From: Dehalococcoidia bacterium
GTDB lineage: Bacteria > Chloroflexota > Dehalococcoidia > GIF9 > UBA5629
Direction of reading: 5' to 3'
DNA: 64,000 nt
Assembly: GCA_050011565.1 (NCBI GenBank)
Contig: JBEKIW010000002.1
Coordinates: 160,001 to 224,000, forward strand
Position numbers and translations under genes: made by a program
The notes under the pieces: model-generated
What the model was told of the DNA's origin: nothing
Databases searched by the model: none
Seen by the model: the letters and a program-made list of their open reading frames with translations, nothing else
Shown here: positions 57,182-64,000 of the stretch, in pieces
Numbering within the stretch: the first letter of the stretch is position 1
Layout: each line of letters opens with the position of its first letter

Positions 57182-59842
57182 GTGGAACAATACAAACTGT
57201 TTATTGATGGTAAATTTGTCGACGCCGCAGATGGAAAGACCTTCGAGACAATTGACCCCGGCACTGAGACGCCCATAGCCACAGTAGCGCAGGCAGGACA
57301 GGATGACGCGGAGGCGGCTATTGCAGCCGCACGTAAGGCTTTCGACAGAGGCGATTGGAGTGGACTTTCCCCATCGGCCCGTGCAGCAAAAGTCCAGGAT
57401 TTTGCCGACCAGGTTGCGCAGCAAGGGCTACGCTTGGCTGCGACTGAATCCATGGATTCCGGCCAGATTTTATCGCTGGCCAAGTTCATGCCATTAATAA
57501 GTATCACCTTTTTACGTAATTTAAGCCTGGCGGCAGCCTCAAAATTTCCCTGGCAGGAGGAGATCCCGGTCTCAGGCAATGCGTTTGCTCCGGGCCGTGA
57601 ATATATCCGCAGAGAGCCGCTTGGTGTGTGTGTGGGAATAGTCCCCTGGAACTACCCTATGTACATTGCAATCTGGAAGATTACTCCCGCACTCTGCATG
57701 GGAAATACCATCGTTTTGAAACCGGCTTCATATACACCATTAACCGCTCTGATCTTAGCTGAAGCTGCCAAAGCAGCGGGCATCCCTGATGGAGTGTTCA
57801 ACGTCATAACCGGGCCCGGAGGAGAGCTGGGCAAAATCCTCTGCACCCATCCGGATGTGGATAAGATTGCCTTCACCGGCAGTACTGAGGTAGGACGCGA
57901 GATCATGAGACTGGCCTCCAGCACAGTGAAAAAGGTGACGCTCGAGCTCGGCGGAAAGTCGGCCAATATCATCCTGGATGATGCGGACATGGAGCTGGCC
58001 GTGGAGGGCGCCGTCTTCGGCACCTTCTTCCACCAGGGTCAGGTTTGCTCTGCAGGCACACGTGTGCTAGTTTCATCGAAGATATATGATCAGTTCATTG
58101 AGAGAATGAAAAAGCGGGCTGAGGCCTTACGCGTCGGATACCAAATGGATCCCAACTCTCACATAGGCCCGCTGATCAGCAAGGAGCAACTGGCCACAGT
58201 CGAACGTTATGTCAAAATCGGCAAGGAAGAGGGGGCGGAGCTTATCACAGGCGGCAAGCGCGCAGAAGTGCCCGGGATCAAGGGAGGATATTATTATGCT
58301 CCCACTATCTTTGTCAATGTAAATAACAAAATGCGTATTGCTCAGGAGGAGATATTCGGCCCGGTCGCCTGCGTTATTAAATACGACAGCGACGAAGAAG
58401 CGGTTGACATAGCCAACGATTCTATCTACGGCCTGGCAGGCGGCGTATTTTCCACCAACACCGCCAGGGCGGAGCGCGTAGCCCGCGGAGTCCGCACCGG
58501 TACGATGTGGATCAATAACTATCATATCTTTTCCGATTTCTGCCCTTTTGGCGGCTACAAGCAGTCCGGCATGGGCCGTGATTTTGGTATGGAAAGCCTC
58601 CATGAATATACCCAGGTCAAACGGATACATACTAGCTCTCTGGCCGACGCAAAGAGCAATATGTACTTCCAACTCCTGTCGGATTATAAAAAAGTGGACG
58701 GATTTTCATACCACTGTCCAACTAACGTAATAGCCAGCCATGGAGCTCTGGCATCAATCAGCAAGGCTGTTGTCGATCTTGGCTGCCACAGGGCTCTGAT
58801 TCTTACCGACCCTGGAGTCAGGAAAGCGGGATTAGCCCAGCTGGTGAAAGATGCCCTGGATGATTTTTGTGTTGGCATCTATGACAATATCACGTCGGAC
58901 CCCGATCTGGAAACAGTGGATGCAGCTACTGCCACGGCCCGCGAACTGAAGGCGGATTGCATCGTAAGCGTTGGCGGCGGCAGCGTTATAGATACCGCCA
59001 AGGGAGTCTGTGTAACCTTAAAGAATGGCGGCAAGGCAAACAATTACCTAAACTTCCTGGTACTTACTGAGCCACAAACTCCTCATATTGCTATTCCGAC
59101 AACAGCGGGAACCGGTAGTGAGGTAACAAATGAGGCCGTGCTGACCAGCCACGGCGCAGGCCGCAAGCTCTACATCGTTGACAATCGCATATTTCCGAAT
59201 GTGGCTATACTGGACCCTCGCTTCACCATGTCCCTGCCCAAGGATTTAACAGTTAGTACTGCCATGGATGCCATGACGCATGCCATCGAGGCAATGACCA
59301 GTACTATGGCTAATAAGATCTGTGACGGTATGGCCTTGCAGGCTATAAGGTTAATCAATGAAAACCTGCCGCTCGTCGTAGCCGATGGTACAAACGAAAA
59401 GGCTAGGCTGAATATGCAGCTGGCGGCCACTATGGCAGGATGGGCCTTTACTATCCCCCAGGTCGGCTTGGCACACGGTATGGCGCATACTATAGGGGCA
59501 CTTCACCATATCCCGCACGGAGTAGCTTGTGGCATTGTTCTTCCCAAGGTAATGCGGTACAACGTCGACCATGCAACTGACAAGCTAGCTCTGGTAGCAC
59601 AGGCTCTGGGCGTCAACATCACCAGCATCACAGAGCGTGATGCCGCGCTGGCAGCTGCTGACGCGGTGGAAGATTTGATGAAAAAGGTAGGACATCCAAT
59701 GAGGTTGCGTGATGTGGGCGTTCCGGAAGAAAACCTGGCCATATGCGCCTTTCATGCCATTGCCGATACGGCTGTCCTATTCAATGGTCGCCCTGTCAGT
59801 GACCCGAACGAAGTTCTGCAAATTTACACCCAGGCTTATTAG
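57182..59842 (+). CDS. Non-acylating aldehyde dehydrogenase fused to Fe-dependent alcohol dehydrogenase
   Basis: PWNYP, FTGS, LELGGK, GQVC, EEIFGP, PFGGYKQSG; then GGGS, PTTAGTGSE, DAMTHAIE, HGMAH...HG. Confidence 0.92.
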   Translation: MEQYKLFIDGKFVDAADGKTFETIDPGTETPIATVAQAGQDDAEAAIAAARKAFDRGDWSGLSPSARAAKVQDFADQVAQQGLRLAATESMDSGQILSLAKFMPLISITFLRNLSLAAASKFPWQEEIPVSGNAFAPGREYIRREPLGVCVGIVPWNYPMYIAIWKITPALCMGNTIVLKPASYTPLTALILAEAAKAAGIPDGVFNVITGPGGELGKILCTHPDVDKIAFTGSTEVGREIMRLASSTVKKVTLELGGKSANIILDDADMELAVEGAVFGTFFHQGQVCSAGTRVLVSSKIYDQFIERMKKRAEALRVGYQMDPNSHIGPLISKEQLATVERYVKIGKEEGAELITGGKRAEVPGIKGGYYYAPTIFVNVNNKMRIAQEEIFGPVACVIKYDSDEEAVDIANDSIYGLAGGVFSTNTARAERVARGVRTGTMWINNYHIFSDFCPFGGYKQSGMGRDFGMESLHEYTQVKRIHTSSLADAKSNMYFQLLSDYKKVDGFSYHCPTNVIASHGALASISKAVVDLGCHRALILTDPGVRKAGLAQLVKDALDDFCVGIYDNITSDPDLETVDAATATARELKADCIVSVGGGSVIDTAKGVCVTLKNGGKANNYLNFLVLTEPQTPHIAIPTTAGTGSEVTNEAVLTSHGAGRKLYIVDNRIFPNVAILDPRFTMSLPKDLTVSTAMDAMTHAIEAMTSTMANKICDGMALQAIRLINENLPLVVADGTNEKARLNMQLAATMAGWAFTIPQVGLAHGMAHTIGALHHIPHGVACGIVLPKVMRYNVDHATDKLALVAQALGVNITSITERDAALAAADAVEDLMKKVGHPMRLRDVGVPEENLAICAFHAIADTAVLFNGRPVSDPNEVLQIYTQAY

Positions 59843-59922
59843 AGATGGCGACCATAATATAGAGTTAACGAGTGAGCTAAATCAACCGGGTTCCACAGTA
59901 CCCGTTTGCTGAAAATGTTCTC

Positions 59923-60504
59923 CTAAGATTTAGCGGGGACCGCCCTGCTTATCTGAAATTGTTTCAGTACCATTAGCAGAATAAGAATAAGAGGATATAT
60001 TGCCAGAATAAGTGGTGCGTTCTGAAACAGGTATTGGACCAGAAGAACAATGGATAACGCAATAATTAAGATAGCAGTGCTCAGCCCTGATTTTCGTGTG
60101 ATAAGGAATTGAATGAAAACTACTGCTGCCACTGCTAGAAACTGCCACCATGCCAGGCAAACAAGCACTCCCCAAATCGTCGTGGCACCCAGTCCCCCTT
60201 TGAATTTCAAAAAGACGGACCAGTTGTGGCCGACCACTGCAGCAAAGCCGGCAATCATCACTACTATTAGAGATTCAGTGAGCATTCTGGCAATCAATAC
60301 AGCCAGAACTCCTTCGCCCACATCCATTATGACAACCAGCACAAAAGGAACAACGCCCAGCCTCTTATGTACTGCAGAGGCACTTATCCGGCCGTCAGCC
60401 TCTTCACGTAAATCTATCTTCCCCACTAGACGGCCGATGATGTAAGCGGAAGGAATTGAGCCCAATAGATAACCCAGCACTACTGCTATGGTCTCATTGA
60501 TCAA
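59923..60504 (-). CDS. plsY: Glycerol-3-phosphate acyltransferase PlsY-like (motif 1 divergent)
   Basis: YLLGSIP, D..EG, GHNWS.FLKFKGG.G; TTG start at 60504 inferred. Confidence 0.8.
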   Translation of the reverse strand: MINETIAVVLGYLLGSIPSAYIIGRLVGKIDLREEADGRISASAVHKRLGVVPFVLVVIMDVGEGVLAVLIARMLTESLIVVMIAGFAAVVGHNWSVFLKFKGGLGATTIWGVLVCLAWWQFLAVAAVVFIQFLITRKSGLSTAILIIALSIVLLVQYLFQNAPLILAIYPLILILLMVLKQFQISRAVPAKS

Positions 60505-61363
60505 TGCGGTCTTCCTTGTAGTAAGCCAGGGCGAGTGTTCCAGGACCGGTAGCATAACCCATGACCGGGCTAAAGTCGGTAATGAATATCTCCACGCAAT
60601 TGAACTCAGCGGCTATTCTCTCTTTAAGTTCCCGGGCTTCTCCTAGGGCATCAGCATGCATCACCGCTACATGAACCGGCTCCGAATCAGCTATATGCTT
60701 TCTCATTATCTGGAGCATTTTTTCAACTCCACTCTGTTTAGTTCTAGCGGCAGCGGCAAAGTTAATACGCCCGTTGGAGCCGGTCAGAACGGGCTTAATG
60801 GAAAGCATGGAGCCTATATCAGAAGCAAGCTTTGGCATCCTGCCGGTTCTATAGACATGGCGGATAGTTTCCAGAAGGCCGATAAATTTCACCCGTCCTT
60901 TAACTTTCCTGGCTATAGCAATGACCTCATCAAAAGACCTGCCTTCAGCAGCCGCCCGCGCTGCTGCCAGAGCAATAAGTCCTTCAGCAGCCGCCACAGT
61001 TTCGCTATCGAGGACTTCGATAACAGTTTGAGGCGATTTCTCCTTGAATATTTCTTTAGCATTCTGGGCACTGGTGTAGAACATGCTCAACTTGGAAGAA
61101 ATGGTGACCACCAGTATATTTCGGGCATGCCTGCTGAGTTCCCGGTAGACATCAAGATAGTCCTCGGGGGAAGCTGCAGAACTTTTCCAGAATTCGGGGG
61201 ATTTTTTTAAAAACTCATAGGCCTGAGCCGAACTCAGGTCTATGAAGTCGCGATAAACCCGGCCGTTGAACAATATGTTGACCGGGATTATTTTAACCCC
61301 ATAGTCATCAACTTGTTTTTTCGTAATGCAGGCGATACTGTCAGCAATAATGGCGGTGTCCAA
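60494..61363 (-). CDS. DegV family fatty acid-binding protein
   Basis: IIADS, ISSKLS, DSE, GR, L.IKP, GPG; start inferred. Confidence 0.88.
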   Translation of the reverse strand: MDTAIIADSIACITKKQVDDYGVKIIPVNILFNGRVYRDFIDLSSAQAYEFLKKSPEFWKSSAASPEDYLDVYRELSRHARNILVVTISSKLSMFYTSAQNAKEIFKEKSPQTVIEVLDSETVAAAEGLIALAAARAAAEGRSFDEVIAIARKVKGRVKFIGLLETIRHVYRTGRMPKLASDIGSMLSIKPVLTGSNGRINFAAAARTKQSGVEKMLQIMRKHIADSEPVHVAVMHADALGEARELKERIAAEFNCVEIFITDFSPVMGYATGPGTLALAYYKEDRIDQ

Positions 61364-61636
61364 CGCAATAGCCCCTGTTATAAAAAGAAATAACGCAGGC
61401 AATTATAGTAAATAGTAAGAGTTCGCGCTATAGCACTTTCCTGGCTAAAAACAGAGTGGACATACATCGGATAACGAGGTTATGCTACCACGAGATATAG
61501 GTACTGTCAATGATACGTATTTGAAATTCAAGTGCGATGCGTATCAAGATTTGACCCGGCTTGCCTCAAAAAAGTATCCGGATAGTCTTGTTCCAATTTG
61601 CCCCGAATACGAGTTTGAAGTAAAATTCATATCTGT

Positions 61637-63940
61637 ATGGCTAAAGTTGAGACCATAGAATTAGCCCGGATTAGCGTTCGCGGCGTAGTCCAGGGAGTTG
61701 GCTTCAGACCCTTTGTCTTCCAGCTAGCCACAAAGTACGGCCTGAAAGGCTGGGTGTGCAATACTTCGGAAGACGTGAAGATTGAAGTTCAGGGGGATAG
61801 CCGTGACCTGGAGCATTTCGTTTCTGAGCTCCAGTATGATGCGCCGCCGCTAGCCCGTATAGAAAACGTCACAGTTACCCATCACCCAGCGGCAGACTAT
61901 ACCAGGTTTGAGATTCGGCGCAGCGTTGCCGAAGAAGGCAAGTATCAACTGGTGTCTCCGGATATTGCCACATGTCACGCCTGCCTCAAGGAAGTCTTTA
62001 CCCCCGAAAACAGGCGCTATCACTACCCGTTCACCAACTGCACCAACTGCGGGCCGCGCTTCACCATAATAGAGGACATACCTTACGACCGCCCCAAAAC
62101 CACCATGCGCTCTTTCACAATGTGTCCCGACTGCCAGGCAGAGTATGATAATCCGCTGGACCGCCGCTTTCATGCTCAGCCTAACGCCTGCCCCAAATGC
62201 GGACCAAGGCTGGAATTGCTCGACGCCAAAGGGAATCACATCGAAGCCACGGATGTTATCGCCGCTGCCAGCCAGCTTCTTAAACAGGGAAAAATCACGG
62301 CTATCAAGGGTCTGGGCGGCTTCCTTCTGGCTTGCGATGCTACCAGTGAGAAGGCAGTACAGCTTTTGCGACACAGAAAGAGACGTCCTTTCAAACCACT
62401 GGCTATAATGGTCTCTGACATAGACGAAGCTAAAAACTATTGCCGGGTATCGGAGGCAGAAGAAAAACTGCTCATGTCGTCGCAGAGCCCCATTGTACTG
62501 CTTCCGTGGAAGTCAGAGTCTACCGTATGCCGGGCCGTAGCCCCGAACCTAAAATATCTCGGTGTGATGCTGCCGTATACCCCCATGCACCACTTGTTGC
62601 TTAGAGAATCGAGATTGCCCCTGGTGATGACCAGCGGCAATATCAGCGAGGAGCCGATTTGTAAGGATAACGATGAAGCTCTCAGACGGCTCCCAGGGAT
62701 TGCTGACTACTTTCTGGTCCATAACCGCGATATATATGCCAGATATGATGACAGCGTAACCGTCGTGGAGAGAGGTGATGTCCAACTCACCCGGCGGGCA
62801 CGGGGCTATGCGCCGTTTCCTGCCCACCTGACTTTTAAAGCCAAAGAGGTACTCGGCTGTGGGGCCGAAGAGAAAAATACATTTTGTTTGACCAAGGACA
62901 ACTACGCTTTCATAAGCCAGCATATCGGCGACATGGAAAACATGGAAACCATGGAGCACTTCGAAAACACGCTGGCTCTGTATAAAAAGCTATTCCGCAT
63001 AGAGCCTGAAATCATTGCCTACGACCTCCATCCCGAATACCTTTCCACTAAATATGCCCTTGAGCTGGGTAGCCAGTCCAGCCATCTTAAGCTGGTCCCG
63101 GTGCAGCACCATCATGCCCACATCGTAAGCTGCATGGCGGACAATAAAATTGAATCTCCGGTTATCGGCGTGGCTCTGGACGGTACCGGCTATGGCAGCG
63201 ATGGACGCATATGGGGTGGTGAGTTTTTAGTCGCGGATTATAAAGGCTTCAAAAGGCTGGGACATTTAGAGTATTTACCCTTACCCGGTGGAGCCGCCGC
63301 TATAAAAAGGCCGTATCGAACCGCCATAGGCTATCTAACCAAGCTGCTGGGGGAAGACTCGCTCAGACCCAGGCTGGCTTTCTTAAAGCTAGTAGACGCT
63401 GTTGAAATCGAGGTTATCAAGCAGCAGCTCCAGGCCGGCCTTAATTCACCGCTGAATTCAAGTATGGGGCGTCTCTTCGATGCCGTTTCCGCCCTGACAG
63501 GAATCAGGGGCGAGATTGACTACGAAGGCCAGGCCGCCGTTGAACTTGAGATGGCAGCTTACGACGGTATCGATAAGGTCGGCGATAAAGGTTATCCATA
63601 TTCCATAATCGACGGTGACGGTGTAAACATCATACAGCTTAAGGAGCTGTTCTCAGCCATAGTCGAAGATTTATTTCAGGGCGTGTCTAAAGCCGCGATA
63701 TCAGTGAAGTTTCACAACACCGTAGCTCATATTATATTTGACATGTGCCAATTGATAGCTAAGAAGACCGGCATCAACCAGGTAGCCTTAAGCGGCGGCG
63801 TTTTCCAGAACCGGCTGCTATTCAGGAAGGTTGTACCGCTGATTGAATCGGCTGGCTTTTCCGTGCTGGTCCATAAGCAAGTACCGTGCAATGACGGCGG
63901 CATTTCTTTAGGCCAGGCTGTAATCGCTAATTTCAGTTGA
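61637..63940 (+). CDS. hypF: Carbamoyltransferase HypF
   Basis: GVVQGVGFRP, zinc fingers, KGLGGF, QHHHAH, DGTGYG, NDGGISLGQ. Confidence 0.97.
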   Translation: MAKVETIELARISVRGVVQGVGFRPFVFQLATKYGLKGWVCNTSEDVKIEVQGDSRDLEHFVSELQYDAPPLARIENVTVTHHPAADYTRFEIRRSVAEEGKYQLVSPDIATCHACLKEVFTPENRRYHYPFTNCTNCGPRFTIIEDIPYDRPKTTMRSFTMCPDCQAEYDNPLDRRFHAQPNACPKCGPRLELLDAKGNHIEATDVIAAASQLLKQGKITAIKGLGGFLLACDATSEKAVQLLRHRKRRPFKPLAIMVSDIDEAKNYCRVSEAEEKLLMSSQSPIVLLPWKSESTVCRAVAPNLKYLGVMLPYTPMHHLLLRESRLPLVMTSGNISEEPICKDNDEALRRLPGIADYFLVHNRDIYARYDDSVTVVERGDVQLTRRARGYAPFPAHLTFKAKEVLGCGAEEKNTFCLTKDNYAFISQHIGDMENMETMEHFENTLALYKKLFRIEPEIIAYDLHPEYLSTKYALELGSQSSHLKLVPVQHHHAHIVSCMADNKIESPVIGVALDGTGYGSDGRIWGGEFLVADYKGFKRLGHLEYLPLPGGAAAIKRPYRTAIGYLTKLLGEDSLRPRLAFLKLVDAVEIEVIKQQLQAGLNSPLNSSMGRLFDAVSALTGIRGEIDYEGQAAVELEMAAYDGIDKVGDKGYPYSIIDGDGVNIIQLKELFSAIVEDLFQGVSKAAISVKFHNTVAHIIFDMCQLIAKKTGINQVALSGGVFQNRLLFRKVVPLIESAGFSVLVHKQVPCNDGGISLGQAVIANFS

Positions 63941-63951
63941 GGGGAAAAATT

Positions 63952-64000
63952 ATGTGTCTAGCTGTTCCGGTAAAGGTTGTTTCAATAGAGGGTAACGAAG
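63952..64000 (+). CDS. hypC: HypC, partial (runs off the window)
   Basis: MCLAVP directly after hypF. Confidence 0.88.
   Translation, partial: MCLAVPVKVVSIEGNE

Overview
A 64 kb chromosomal window from an anaerobic bacterium, most consistent with Dehalococcoidia (Chloroflexota); the taxonomy is inferred from gene style, not proven. Left to right it holds: a compact 4-tRNA cluster (including the unusual Arg-GCG); a minus-strand operon joining a 2-oxoacid:ferredoxin oxidoreductase to Hdr/MvhD proteins; a cluster of Cys-rich surface lipoproteins; an acyl-CoA dehydrogenase split by an amber codon; Fe-ADH; a QueG-like protein; a VWA/ECF sigma/anti-sigma module; an accessory region with decayed integrase remnants next to a tRNA-CAT gene; glycerol and lipid genes; a rod-shaped ncRNA candidate; a Moco/Wco RNA motif before tupABC; an ALDH-FeADH fusion; and hypA/hypF/hypC. 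The main hidden signal is UGA recoding. Three genes broken in the ORF track read through an in-frame TGA followed by a SECIS-like hairpin: a known-type Sec peroxiredoxin, an Fe-S protein with a U-N-C-C-G-D-C-C motif, and an apparently undescribed lipoprotein with a U-G-C motif. Other hidden features are three probable ATT start codons, a DedA gene fused to a zinc ribbon through a duplicated hdrA tail, and several REP-like repeat families. Coordinates were counted by hand and no database searches were run.
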